Positions 1-9,936 of a stretch of 64,000 nucleotides of DNA are shown piece by piece (the stretch's first letter is position 1; each line of letters starts with the position of its first letter). The stretch comes from a virus (lineage: Duplodnaviria > Caudoviricetes). The notes beneath the pieces were generated by a model. The model ran no database searches. It had not been told where the DNA came from and was given only the letters and a program-made list of their open reading frames with translations. The stretch lies in IMG/VR virus record IMGVR_UViG_3300046804_003398. One strand, 5' to 3'. The position numbers and the translations under genes are program-made.

Positions 1-1757
1 CCCCAGTTGTCAATATTGAAAAATGCTTGAACAGATGCAATACATTCATTCAACACATCACGTTTGTTGAAACCAGCAAAGACTGTGATCTTGAATTCAA
101 CGCCGATATTGATAATGTATCCGTCAATCACATTGAATCTATCAGTCAAAATCTTGTATTGACTCAAGTAGTTCTTCAAATTCAAAAGTGTTGCTTCGTT
201 ACATGGAGTGAGTTTCTTATCACTGTTGTATCCTAGAATATACAAGTTGTTTGTGAATGGATTGTTTGACTCCAAAAACTTTCTACGATCAAGTGGATTC
301 AATGGGTTCAAATTCAACAACTCATTTTGAGCAGCTGAACCTGTGATAACACCACTAATCAATCCAGTATATGCAATTTGTCTAGTAGCATTTGATTGAA
401 CGAACGCTTTAGCTATACTACCAAATTGTGGACTCATTGCGTATACACGAAGAAGTATGTCCTCCTCAGTTACGATACGATTTTGAGATGAAAAATTTGC
501 AATAGCATTTTGACGTATTTCTTCGTCGGTTTCTGGACCATCTCCACCAGTTGCTGCAAGTGGGTTGTTTACTCTCAAAGAGTTCTTGATATTATTGAAC
601 AATGTAACTTGACTATCTGTTAATCCAGTAATATCGTTCATCAACCCAACCGCACTAATTGTATTGATTTCTCCAGAGTTGACGTTAGAATTTACGCCGC
701 CACCAACAATATAAGTGATGGTCAATATTGTGTTCGATGGAGATACACCATATGAATTGCTCTTCAACACGTTTGTTCCGTCCAAACTGATGTTAAGATT
801 ATCTAAATTAGACAAACCCACACCCACGTTTGAAGGATTTGGTATGATCACAGTGTTATCGAAGTTTTCAGTGTTTGCACCAAACTGAATGTATGTTGAA
901 TTGTTTTCATCAATCGTGGTGATAAAACGATTCTCGGTTCTCAAATACTTCAACAACTTAGGCGTTTCACCTCTATACTTCGACAAGGTTTGATTTGTTA
1001 ATGGAACGTTGTCAACAGAAATTGGTATTGTTTCTTGTGCTAGATATTGAACTTCATAGTAATTGTTATTGTTACTATCAACTATACTTGCTACTTTCAA
1101 TACATCAGTAGCGTCCAATTTAATTTCTAAAAATGGTGTTGCGGTTCCTACACTTACTTGTTTGACTACAAGTTTACCTGCATATGCTTTTGCAGTCTTT
1201 TTGATCAAGTAAAATAGTGGTGCTCCAGTTTCATCACGGTTATACACAGACACTTCTCTTGGTGAAAATACCGTGTCTTGACTAAAGTCTACACTTTCTT
1301 CAATCAAGAATGGAACTCCAGAAACACTGGACAATTCTGTGAATGGTTTCAATATCAAACAATAGGTGTCATCTGGAACATATTCACCGTCTATCTCCCC
1401 CACTCTTTTGGCTGGAACTAGTTGAAACAGTTCAAGATCAGTTGCAGCTGCTGATGTGACCTTTGGTTTGTATCCCAAATATCTAGCTTGGTTGATCAAG
1501 TTTCTTCTATCTGTGGCAAACTGAATAAAACTTTCCTTGAACTGTTGATCGGTATAATATGACAATATGTCACCAACATATGCGGCTTGTTCAATGAAAA
1601 TTTGACCAGGCGAACTCTCACTAAAATCTCTATAACTTTGTGGGTAGTATTGTTTAGTGAAATCGATCAATTGTTGCTTCAAAGATGCAAAATCTCTATT
1701 AACGTAATTTACGTCTTTAGTATTTGCTCTAAAAGTCTTGTTAATTATTTGTGCCAT
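1..1757 (-). CDS. Baseplate wedge subunit, T4 gp6-like (partial, runs off window start)
   Basis: Not in the ORF track. ATG at 1757 overlaps the upstream stop (TAATG). Manual translation MAQIINKTFRANTKDVNYVNRDFASLKQQLIDFTKQYYPQSYRDFSESSPGQIFIEQAAYVGDILSYYTDQQFKES...ARYLGYKP matches the gp6-type N-terminus; lies directly after a gp25-like gene. Confidence 0.85.
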   Translation of the reverse strand, partial: MAQIINKTFRANTKDVNYVNRDFASLKQQLIDFTKQYYPQSYRDFSESSPGQIFIEQAAYVGDILSYYTDQQFKESFIQFATDRRNLINQARYLGYKPKVTSAAATDLELFQLVPAKRVGEIDGEYVPDDTYCLILKPFTELSSVSGVPFLIEESVDFSQDTVFSPREVSVYNRDETGAPLFYLIKKTAKAYAGKLVVKQVSVGTATPFLEIKLDATDVLKVASIVDSNNNNYYEVQYLAQETIPISVDNVPLTNQTLSKYRGETPKLLKYLRTENRFITTIDENNSTYIQFGANTENFDNTVIIPNPSNVGVGLSNLDNLNISLDGTNVLKSNSYGVSPSNTILTITYIVGGGVNSNVNSGEINTISAVGLMNDITGLTDSQVTLFNNIKNSLRVNNPLAATGGDGPETDEEIRQNAIANFSSQNRIVTEEDILLRVYAMSPQFGSIAKAFVQSNATRQIAYTGLISGVITGSAAQNELLNLNPLNPLDRRKFLESNNPFTNNLYILGYNSDKKLTPCNEATLLNLKNYLSQYKILTDRFNVIDGYIINIGVEFKITVFAGFNKRDVLNECIASVQAFFNIDNW

Positions 1758-2158
1758 TAGATTCTGTTATTAGTAAGTTCCACCTCAGTAGTAGAGGTAA
1801 TCTTGTTATAAGTGAACACCACACTTATAAATATCGTATTTGCATCAGTATTTTCGTTTTGAGTGGATGCTATTTTTACCTTCACATCATTAACGATCAC
1901 ACCATTCAAAAATTTGTTGATATCACGTTGGACTACATCGACAATAATGCCTGGATTGACTTCCAATTCATTTTGTTGAAATAATAGGTAATACAATCCA
2001 GATCCAAACTCATTGTTGAATCGTCTTTCGCCTGGTTTGGTCAACAACAAGTTTCTTATGTTTGAAGATACTTGATCAATAGTAGCAGTATTGGTTTCAA
2101 AATATCCATCTTGACCCAATCTCAACGGTAACTTAAGCCCAAGTATCTGTTTAGCCAT
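1757..2158 (-). CDS. Baseplate wedge protein, gp25/GPW-like
   Basis: G(L/I)xLPL...QVSSNIRNLLLTKPGERRFNNEFGSGL motif typical of the gp25/GPW family. Confidence 0.9.
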   Translation of the reverse strand: MAKQILGLKLPLRLGQDGYFETNTATIDQVSSNIRNLLLTKPGERRFNNEFGSGLYYLLFQQNELEVNPGIIVDVVQRDINKFLNGVIVNDVKVKIASTQNENTDANTIFISVVFTYNKITSTTEVELTNNRI

Positions 2159-2164
2159 ATGTTG

Positions 2165-2602
2165 TTATTTCTTTTCTCCACGCTTTTTATCAACAGCTTT
2201 CAGTAGTGATCTATAATCTCTGGTAACTGCTTGAGCAACCGCTTTTACTGGTTCTGGAGCATGTTCAGTCACAGATTCAGTCAACTTGTCAACAACACTT
2301 GGTTCGCCACTACCCATGATACTTGCCAACCCACCTTCTTGAGGCACACCACCAGTTGTTTCATTCAATATTTGATTCAATACTGGATTGCTAGTGTATT
2401 TGACAAACTTCTTTTTGTTTTGTGATTGTTCTACAGGCTGTTCCGTCACTGATTCACTCACCAAAGATGAAAATGATGGTGACGAATCTGATCTTGAAAT
2501 TGATTCTTTAGAAAATGCTTCCAACAAGCAGTTTTTTACTTCTTCTCTGACAGCATTTCTTACTTCTTGACGAATGTATTCTTTAAGAGTATCTAGTTTC
2601 AT
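2165..2602 (-). CDS. Hypothetical phage protein
   Basis: 145 aa ORF tightly packed in the minus-strand operon. Confidence 0.8.
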   Translation of the reverse strand: MKLDTLKEYIRQEVRNAVREEVKNCLLEAFSKESISRSDSSPSFSSLVSESVTEQPVEQSQNKKKFVKYTSNPVLNQILNETTGGVPQEGGLASIMGSGEPSVVDKLTESVTEHAPEPVKAVAQAVTRDYRSLLKAVDKKRGEKK

Positions 2603-2611
2603 ATTATATAA

Positions 2612-4501
2612 TTATTGTCCAAGTTTAGATTTTTGTAAATTTAATAGGTCTTCTGCTCCCTTTGTATTGGAAGGAGCCTTTATTTTGACCTTTTTGATAC
2701 GTGGTGCAGACGGTGGTTTTGGTATTTTTGGCTTAGGCATACCTTTTTTGACTAAAGCTAGTTTAGCAGCCGCAGCACCAAGTGCTCCACCTGCAGCAGC
2801 TCCAATCAAAGCACCTTTACCACCTCCAGCCAAAGCACCTATTCCGCCTCCTAAACCAGCTCCTGCGAGTGTTCCACCACCCACACCACCCAAAGCTATA
2901 CCACCACCTAAAGCAGCCCCAGATAGTCCTCCAATCAACGCACCTTGACCTCCACCAGCCAATGCACCAACTCCAGCACCAAGACCGCCACCAACCAATC
3001 CTCCAGTTGCCGCTTTAACCAGTGTGTTTGGAGGAGTTATGACGTTGTTTGGACTCAAAGATCCAACATTACCATTTGATAAGTTGGTAAGTGCCGCATC
3101 AGCATTGGTTATGTTTGTAGGAACTGGATTAGCTGGTAAATCTGGTAGGTTTGGTTTAGGAACATCTGGTATTGCACTCTTTAGTTTATCTACAGCAGCA
3201 ATCTTCTCAGTTGAACCAATATTACCCGTAGCTGGATCAACAAACTTAGTGTTACCAGCGATAGTTTCAGGTCTGTATTTATCTGGACTCCAATTCTCTC
3301 CGAGACCATCTTTGACAAACTTTGGTTTTTCTACAGTTGGAACTTTTGGGGTCTCTACTTTTATCTTACTATCAACGTTCAACTTAGATACGACATCAGT
3401 TCCAGTTGGAGTCTTGACTTGACTAACTGTAGATGATATTGAATCTGTGGTGGTAGTTACAGAATCTTTGCCTGGTATCTTAAACTCACTTTGACCGGCA
3501 CCATTTGGAAGAGCATCCAACTCAGCCGATGTCATTCTGGATCTAGGATCGTCTGATGCAAAACTTGTTCTTACAGTCACACCACCACCAGTCACAGTTT
3601 CCTTGGATGTAACTGTGTTGGTAGAAGTAACAGTGCTGGTAGTTACAGCATTAGGATCTGATATTGAAGATGTTGGAGTTTCATTGGCAGAATCCGACAT
3701 CATTTTGTCAAGGTCGGCACTGTTCTTGTCCAACATTTTGTCTATGTCATCCTCTTTTTTATCCACCTCGGTCAAAGCCTTTGATGGGTCCAATTGTTTT
3801 GGTGTGGATGACGGCAACTTTATGTTGGGATTATCAACACTAGGTGCTTTATTTATTGTTCCGTAGATGGTTTGAGATGGAGGACCAACCAAGGCTGGAT
3901 CTGGGTCTGGAAGGAAACATGCTGGTATTTTATTTTTTGACCACGTTCCATCTTTAGTATTGTCTTGAACCTCTTGATTGAGAGAATTCAAATCTTCAAT
4001 ATATTGTTTTTCACTAGACTTCGCGGCATCAATCTTTCCTTGCAACAAACTAGTTTCATATCTACGAACATTTTCAGAAACATCAAATACATACTCCAAT
4101 AGTTTTGATGTCTGTAAATCTTTCAAACATGGCCACTTTGAATAGTATACTTTTCTAAAGACTGGACGTTGGTTTATGTTAACGATGATGTTTTGTTTAT
4201 TTGAATTTGGTCCAGCATAACCAACGATTACTGGAGGTAGATTGTCTTTATTTGGAACATCTGGCAAAAGTTTACGGTCATTCAAATACTTGTATAATTC
4301 AGCATATGTTTTTGGACCCGTGTTTTGAATGTTTGCTGTTCCAGTGGATGCGTCGAAGTATGAAAAAGATTGAAGAGGTGCGGTGGTGTCTTCAAAAGCA
4401 TACATGATTCTTGCATTACCATCCAAGAAAATACCAGCACTCCAGTTGTTACCAGAGTCGGGTTGTAAGAATCCTAAAATGTCTACTAGTTTCTCTTCCA
4501 T
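2612..4501 (-). CDS. Putative baseplate-associated protein with Gly-rich (glycine-zipper-like) C-terminal segment
   Basis: 629 aa; Thr/Ser-rich middle, GGLVGGGLGAGVGALAGGG-type repeats, Lys/Pro-rich tail; lies between gp5-like and gp25-like genes. Confidence 0.6.
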   Translation of the reverse strand: MEEKLVDILGFLQPDSGNNWSAGIFLDGNARIMYAFEDTTAPLQSFSYFDASTGTANIQNTGPKTYAELYKYLNDRKLLPDVPNKDNLPPVIVGYAGPNSNKQNIIVNINQRPVFRKVYYSKWPCLKDLQTSKLLEYVFDVSENVRRYETSLLQGKIDAAKSSEKQYIEDLNSLNQEVQDNTKDGTWSKNKIPACFLPDPDPALVGPPSQTIYGTINKAPSVDNPNIKLPSSTPKQLDPSKALTEVDKKEDDIDKMLDKNSADLDKMMSDSANETPTSSISDPNAVTTSTVTSTNTVTSKETVTGGGVTVRTSFASDDPRSRMTSAELDALPNGAGQSEFKIPGKDSVTTTTDSISSTVSQVKTPTGTDVVSKLNVDSKIKVETPKVPTVEKPKFVKDGLGENWSPDKYRPETIAGNTKFVDPATGNIGSTEKIAAVDKLKSAIPDVPKPNLPDLPANPVPTNITNADAALTNLSNGNVGSLSPNNVITPPNTLVKAATGGLVGGGLGAGVGALAGGGQGALIGGLSGAALGGGIALGGVGGGTLAGAGLGGGIGALAGGGKGALIGAAAGGALGAAAAKLALVKKGMPKPKIPKPPSAPRIKKVKIKAPSNTKGAEDLLNLQKSKLGQ

Positions 4502-4507
4502 AATATC

Positions 4508-6223
4508 TTAATTTGTGAATTCAAACTCAATCTGAACTGGACCTTCTCTACGATTTCTACCCTTAAAGTCTCCTATAGCACCCTCACCAGTCACAGTATT
4601 GATTACTACTGGAGGAGCACATTCTGCACCGCTTCCCACTGGTTTCACACCGTTTGATCCAGGTGCATATCCACCACCAGTCAAATAAACACGACGACTC
4701 AAAGTCTTGTGTAGATTATCACGCAACAATTTTAGTGTTATCTGTTGAACGGGGATTTGTGTTTGGTCGGGATTAGCATCGTTGGTATTTTCTTGAGTAA
4801 TCTGACCAGCGTCATCATGACCGTGAGGATGAGGATGAACGTGATGATACCAATGAACGTGATCAAGTAACCAATTACAAAGATCATAAAGCCAATCAAC
4901 AGTAGTTTGTCCGAGTAGTGCAGGTTCGTTTGTTTCTCCATATTGTCCTAAAAAGATCTGTGGAGCGTTTACACAAGCTACTCTGTTTGTGGTCAAAACA
5001 ATTTGATCATTTGCATCAACGGTATAATCCGAATCTGTAGCAATGCCATAACGCTTTTTACTAAAATGTAGTGTTTCAGCAAATCGACTACTAAGAACAA
5101 TTCTGTCAGTGTTCAATATTAGTTGATCGCCATTTAATGTTGGAAACTCAAAGTTTGAAGAGCCTGGCGGATTAAACTTAACTTGTTCTTCAGTTGGTTT
5201 TCTATCGTTTCTGGTAACTCCAAACATGCTTTTATAAACAGTAGTTTTCCAATCACTTATTGGCGATCCACTGTTTATCTCAATTGTAGTTCCATCGTTG
5301 TTGATATCCTCTTCAATTTGTCCACCATAGTTTTTCTCACGTTCTGTTATGGGTGGAATTGGAGGCAACTTTGGATGTAGTTGTTGTGGTTTATCCAACG
5401 CAATATTTCTCTGACGGTTTCTTAGAATTATGCGAGGATTACCGTAACCACCGGCAACAGATTCTCTGAATAGATTAGAATTAATTGCATACGATGGATA
5501 TTTTGATTTATCATTGCTTCTAATGTCGTCATAGGCTGTGAATCTTATTGATTGTCCGAATCTACTTTCAACAACAGTATCACCCTCAAACTTTCTTACA
5601 CTACGAATAAATGGGTTCAATATAAAATAGTCACCCAAATATCCCACCTTCGTTATTGCTTTGAAGAATGGGTGTGAAATATAACTCTTTCTGAGAGTAT
5701 CAGCATTTGCTGGAGTAGCACTGGTATTATCATTACTCAAACCAGACTCAGTAACAAAGTCTACATTTGTTCCTACAAAATTGAAACGATTAAAAGGCTT
5801 TGTGTAGTAGAAATTACCACCAACTTTTATGACCATAACTTGTTCGTTCAATAACGGAAACTGTGTTATGGTATTATCCAATGGTATAGCCCATGGTAAT
5901 TTTTCAATTGGTGTTTTCTTTTCCAATTCTAAAATTCTTACCTTAGCACGACCAATAAAACTATAGTCCACATCATTACTGTTTGGAACATCATTCTTAT
6001 AGTTTACAGGTATCTGTTGTGGATTTATCGTGATTGCTGGTCTTGAACTTGGATCGTCTGGACTCTTACTAAAGAATGGATGTTGGTCGTTAAGAATAAC
6101 ATCGACCACCACAGCCAATTGAAAATTTGGATTGTCGCCAATTCTATTTGAAGGGTCTATGTTTCTACCAGACGGATTCTGATTGGTCACGTATCTGGAA
6201 ATATCTGTTGATGAGTCTGCCAT
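4508..6223 (-). CDS. Baseplate hub/central spike protein, gp5/VgrG-like
   Basis: N-terminal OB-fold-like pattern (VVDVILND...IGRAKVRIL...WAIPL...FPLLNEQV), EGDTVVESRFGQSIRF, beta-helix-like ILNTDRIVLSSR, His-rich HxH tip segment; synteny with gp25/gp6. Confidence 0.7.
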   Translation of the reverse strand: MADSSTDISRYVTNQNPSGRNIDPSNRIGDNPNFQLAVVVDVILNDQHPFFSKSPDDPSSRPAITINPQQIPVNYKNDVPNSNDVDYSFIGRAKVRILELEKKTPIEKLPWAIPLDNTITQFPLLNEQVMVIKVGGNFYYTKPFNRFNFVGTNVDFVTESGLSNDNTSATPANADTLRKSYISHPFFKAITKVGYLGDYFILNPFIRSVRKFEGDTVVESRFGQSIRFTAYDDIRSNDKSKYPSYAINSNLFRESVAGGYGNPRIILRNRQRNIALDKPQQLHPKLPPIPPITEREKNYGGQIEEDINNDGTTIEINSGSPISDWKTTVYKSMFGVTRNDRKPTEEQVKFNPPGSSNFEFPTLNGDQLILNTDRIVLSSRFAETLHFSKKRYGIATDSDYTVDANDQIVLTTNRVACVNAPQIFLGQYGETNEPALLGQTTVDWLYDLCNWLLDHVHWYHHVHPHPHGHDDAGQITQENTNDANPDQTQIPVQQITLKLLRDNLHKTLSRRVYLTGGGYAPGSNGVKPVGSGAECAPPVVINTVTGEGAIGDFKGRNRREGPVQIEFEFTN

Positions 6224-6225
6224 AA

Positions 6226-6576
6226 TTAATCTTGTTTTGTGACCTTGGCAATTGACACCACATCCTCCATCAACTGTCTTCTTTCATCGTCGGATAGTAT
6301 CATTGAATTTCCTTCACCACTAGCTTCACCTTTAGCAACCAACTTCTGAACGATAGAAGCCAATTTAACCAATTGTTCATCGTTCTTGACTCCAACGTCA
6401 TAATAGTCTTTGATTAGAGGAACGATAATAACCGCATCATTTACAGTCTTAATCAAAGAACGTAGTTCAGAAATAAGAATGTCAATTTGATCCTTCTTAC
6501 TTTCTGAGTTTTTCACTATGTCCTTACATAGACCAGAGAAGTTCTTTCCCTTGTATATCTCAAAGTTAGTATCCAT
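6226..6576 (-). CDS. Hypothetical phage protein
   Basis: Track start is TTG 6582; ATG 6576 preferred because it lies 5 nt after the TATTTAT motif. Confidence 0.75.
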   Translation of the reverse strand: MDTNFEIYKGKNFSGLCKDIVKNSESKKDQIDILISELRSLIKTVNDAVIIVPLIKDYYDVGVKNDEQLVKLASIVQKLVAKGEASGEGNSMILSDDERRQLMEDVVSIAKVTKQD

Positions 6577-6645
6577 ACTCAATAAATAGAAAAAACCAAT
6601 CGTTTTGTCGATTGGTTTTGTTTTTATACTATTTATTCTATCGAA

Positions 6646-7647
6646 TCAGACTGTTCCACGATTCATATAATTCTTCATGACCGCAGTTTGATAACTCTTC
6701 ATCTTATTCAATACCTTGGTAATTTGTTGAGTCTTACAATTGCTAATTTCACGAATATACAAATACAATGTCTTCTTGTTGAAACTTTCAATTCGATCAC
6801 AGTTACGGAACAATTCAATCACCGCATAAGCAATGTTTAGATCCTTAGATTTACTAAAGATCTTGGTAATGTTCTTTTCCCAGTAATCAATCAACAAGTG
6901 CATCAACTCTTGAGTCTGAACATCTTTATGATGAGCATCCTCTGTTTGTAGACACACAGTATCTTCTGACGGAGTTTCACTGATATCAACGTGTTGGTTA
7001 AAACGCTTGTAGTTGTTATTGTTGTGGAAAATCAAATAGTTCTTAGCAACAATACTGAAATAACTGAATGCTTTTCCTTTACCAGCTTGGAACTTATGTA
7101 TGTTGGCTACAAGATGTGCGACCGTTTCTTTTTGAACCTCAAGTGGACCATTGTCAAAATAAGTAAACTTGAATGTATTATAAATGTTTTCTACCAACTT
7201 TTCAAAACTAAACTTGATACGTTCATTATAGATGGTATTTCTAATATCAAAGTTTTCCTCTGCGTTATACTCAATAATGGCTTCTTCTGTAGCCTTGCTA
7301 AAATAGATCTTCTCTTTCTTGTTTCTACCACGGCGTCTGACCTTCTTTGGTTCATCATCAAGTGTGACAGTATCATCGTCTACATCAATATCGGTCTCGG
7401 CCTTTGGGATAATATCAACATCACTGTCTCGTTTTACTTCAATCTCTATACGAGACTCTATGGGTTTATCATCCGATTTGATTTTGGTCTTTTTCTTGGC
7501 AACAGACTTTGGCTTCTTGATTTTTACATCATAAATAACCTTGAGTTTCTGTTTCTTCGTTTTTTTGGAAAGAACAGAATTGCTTTTCTTCTTAGAAGAT
7601 AAGGTTTTACTTTTTGTTTTGTTCTTCATTACTGAGATTGTCGTCAT
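6646..7647 (-). CDS. Putative sigma-factor-like transcription protein with basic N-terminal extension
   Basis: YFSKATEEAIIEYN...FEKLVENIYNTFKF...GKAFSYFSIVAKNYLI resembles sigma region 2 of phage late-sigma-like proteins; helical C-terminus. Confidence 0.55.
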   Translation of the reverse strand: MTTISVMKNKTKSKTLSSKKKSNSVLSKKTKKQKLKVIYDVKIKKPKSVAKKKTKIKSDDKPIESRIEIEVKRDSDVDIIPKAETDIDVDDDTVTLDDEPKKVRRRGRNKKEKIYFSKATEEAIIEYNAEENFDIRNTIYNERIKFSFEKLVENIYNTFKFTYFDNGPLEVQKETVAHLVANIHKFQAGKGKAFSYFSIVAKNYLIFHNNNNYKRFNQHVDISETPSEDTVCLQTEDAHHKDVQTQELMHLLIDYWEKNITKIFSKSKDLNIAYAVIELFRNCDRIESFNKKTLYLYIREISNCKTQQITKVLNKMKSYQTAVMKNYMNRGTV

Positions 7648-7951
7648 TATCTGTTATCCTTTTATTACATTCTTCGACAATAGTTACCATTTCTTGGAAA
7701 AGAAAGCCAACATCGTCGTCTTTTTCAAAGATACCACGCTCATCAACACTTTTCAACTTTTTGTATACATTAGAGACAAGTTTTCTAAAATCAACGACCC
7801 ATTGGCCAAGTTCTGTATTCAGCTTTTCAATGGTATCCAACTCAGATTCTAATACATCAATTCGTTCCAATGCCTTTTTGAGAGAAATGTAAAAAAAGAC
7901 GGCAACGCCGATGGACAATATAAGGAGTGTAACTAATATAGTTGTGATCAT
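7607..7951 (-). CDS. Hypothetical membrane-anchored coiled-coil protein
   Basis: N-terminal hydrophobic helix followed by coiled coil. Confidence 0.7.
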   Translation of the reverse strand: MITTILVTLLILSIGVAVFFYISLKKALERIDVLESELDTIEKLNTELGQWVVDFRKLVSNVYKKLKSVDERGIFEKDDDVGFLFQEMVTIVEECNKRITDNDDNLSNEEQNKK

Positions 7952-8085
7952 AGTTCGTCGGTATCATCATCGAAATCTACAAACTCATTAATAAAGTCAA
8001 TTGCTTCTTCTACAGCAGACCAATCATTATTTTCGTTTGCATCAAGAAGAATTCGACGCAGTTCTAAAAGCTCTTCGTTATTCAT
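7948..8085 (-). CDS. Small acidic hypothetical protein (45 aa)
   Basis: Manual translation MNNEELLELRRILLDANENNDWSAVEEAIDFINEFVDFDDDTDEL; stop overlaps the next start (ATGA). Confidence 0.65.
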   Translation of the reverse strand: MNNEELLELRRILLDANENNDWSAVEEAIDFINEFVDFDDDTDEL

Positions 8086-8132
8086 AGTTAACAGTAATAT
8101 ATAGTTAGACGTATGAAAAACGAATTTTTATT

Positions 8133-9260
8133 TTAGAAGCTGAACATTCTTCTCAATCCACCAACATTTACTTTCTTCACTTTTTCCACAATTGTTTCAA
8201 CAGGCTTTTCAACTTCTTTGATTACTTCAGTTGGTTTTTCCACAATTTTTTCAACCTCAACTTGTTTTTCAACCTCTTTAATAACTTCCACTGGTTTTTC
8301 AACCTCAACAATTTTCTCAACAATTGTTTCAACAGGCTTTTCAACCTCAACAATTTTTTCAATCACTGTTGGCTTGACTTCTTGAACTGGTTCTTGAACT
8401 GGTTCTGGTTGGTCATACACTGATTTTTTCTTTTCTTCCTTATCTTTCTTCTTGTAAAGTTCGTATTCCTTGTCAGACTCTACTTCACGATAATTCTCAG
8501 ACATGTTGTATGCCAACAATAAAACCACAGCAAGAGGATCAAATACAGTAATCAATACTATGATAAACCACTTCACAACGGTGTTAATATCAGAATTAAA
8601 CTCCTTTGCAACAAACTTGAATGTAGTAATATCCTTCTTCTGACTATTGTCAATCTTCAACTTAAAAATTTCATCATCAATCTTAGTAGATTTTGCGGCA
8701 GCAGTCTTCAACTTTTCATTCTCATTTTCAATCTGCTTATTCAATCCCTCAATTTGTTCGTTGATTTGGTTTTGAAGCATTTGTAGTTGAACTGGGTTTC
8801 TAGCAATAAGAGCATTGGTCATACTTTCACCCAATCTTGACTCTTGACTACTTCTTAGTGCCAACAATTTGTCAATGGTTGATCTTACGTTGTCTAACTT
8901 TTTGGTCTCCTCTAATTTTTGAGCTTCCAAAGTTGTAATTTTTGTGTTTGCCAATTCGGTCTCCAACGAAGACTTTTGATAAGCAGCGGTCAAATATCCA
9001 AAGATACCCAACGAAGTAATACACATCAATACCACAACGGCAATAACCATATAAACCTTCATCAACTTGTTGGCAATATTCCAATATCTAAATAACCATG
9101 ATGTAGTTACAAGCTTACCTAACTCCAATGAACTAGCCATGATCATAGCAGCAACAACTGCACCAGAAAATAATAGTCCGATACCATACACACTGAAGAA
9201 CGCAGCACAACCTGCGATCAACATGGATGTGAACATTACTAGATGTTTAAATTTTATCAT
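8133..9260 (-). CDS. Multi-pass membrane protein with coiled coil and EKIVEV repeats
   Basis: Three N-terminal TM helices, long coiled coil, a further TM, then repeats; ATG 9260 preferred over 9323 (TATTTAT 4 nt upstream). Confidence 0.75.
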   Translation of the reverse strand: MIKFKHLVMFTSMLIAGCAAFFSVYGIGLLFSGAVVAAMIMASSLELGKLVTTSWLFRYWNIANKLMKVYMVIAVVVLMCITSLGIFGYLTAAYQKSSLETELANTKITTLEAQKLEETKKLDNVRSTIDKLLALRSSQESRLGESMTNALIARNPVQLQMLQNQINEQIEGLNKQIENENEKLKTAAAKSTKIDDEIFKLKIDNSQKKDITTFKFVAKEFNSDINTVVKWFIIVLITVFDPLAVVLLLAYNMSENYREVESDKEYELYKKKDKEEKKKSVYDQPEPVQEPVQEVKPTVIEKIVEVEKPVETIVEKIVEVEKPVEVIKEVEKQVEVEKIVEKPTEVIKEVEKPVETIVEKVKKVNVGGLRRMFSF

Positions 9261-9335
9261 ATATATAAATATCAATACAAATAAAAAACCCTCCACTTTA
9301 AATGGAGGGCGGAACATAACCAATTTACTGTATAA

Positions 9336-9818
9336 TTATGTGATTTTGACCTTTTTACTGGTAGGAGGTGTAGGTTTAACCTTCTTTACAGTGACCGTCA
9401 ACAATCCATTTTCAAACTTAGCAGACGGTGTGTCTTTATCAAACACATCACTCAACACAAAAGCACGCTTGAAACTACTGTGCTTCAATTCTTTACGAAT
9501 GTAGGTGCGTTTGGTGTCACTGTCATCAATAGTCTTAGTCTTCTGACCACTGATAATCAACAGATTCTCCTCAATTTCAACACCAACCTCGTCACGATCA
9601 AGACCAGGAATCTCAGCTACAACCTCAATTCGGTCTGAATAATCAATTACGTCTACACGGGGATAACTTTGCTTTTCGAAGAAACCCACACCAAAATCCT
9701 TTGTAAGTTCTGGGAAGGTATTTGCAAAAACCTCATCGAACAACTTGTCGAATGGGGTTACGAAATCGTCCTTAGAAGTAGGACGCAATGCAGGCACTTT
9801 ATATCTAACAATACTCAT
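9336..9818 (-). CDS. Small heat shock protein, Hsp20/alpha-crystallin family
   Basis: YPRVDVIDYSDRIEVVAEIPGL...F.R.F.L...SAKFENGLLTVTVKK. Confidence 0.95.
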   Translation of the reverse strand: MSIVRYKVPALRPTSKDDFVTPFDKLFDEVFANTFPELTKDFGVGFFEKQSYPRVDVIDYSDRIEVVAEIPGLDRDEVGVEIEENLLIISGQKTKTIDDSDTKRTYIRKELKHSSFKRAFVLSDVFDKDTPSAKFENGLLTVTVKKVKPTPPTSKKVKIT

Positions 9819-9936
9819 ATATTTCCTTTCTTTGTTATAATAATTCTATTGAACTTATTATCATAGCAACCTCACTCGAGCGTTGCCGTGACGGTAATTT
9901 ACCATCAAGAATATATATTTGTCAAGATACGAAAAA

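Noticed and set aside
6991-7602. 203 aa plus-strand ORF and similar antisense ORFs (e.g. 40175-40867, 42827-43417, 61195-61812)
   Set aside because: Lie opposite well-supported genes; composition reflects reverse-strand codon bias.
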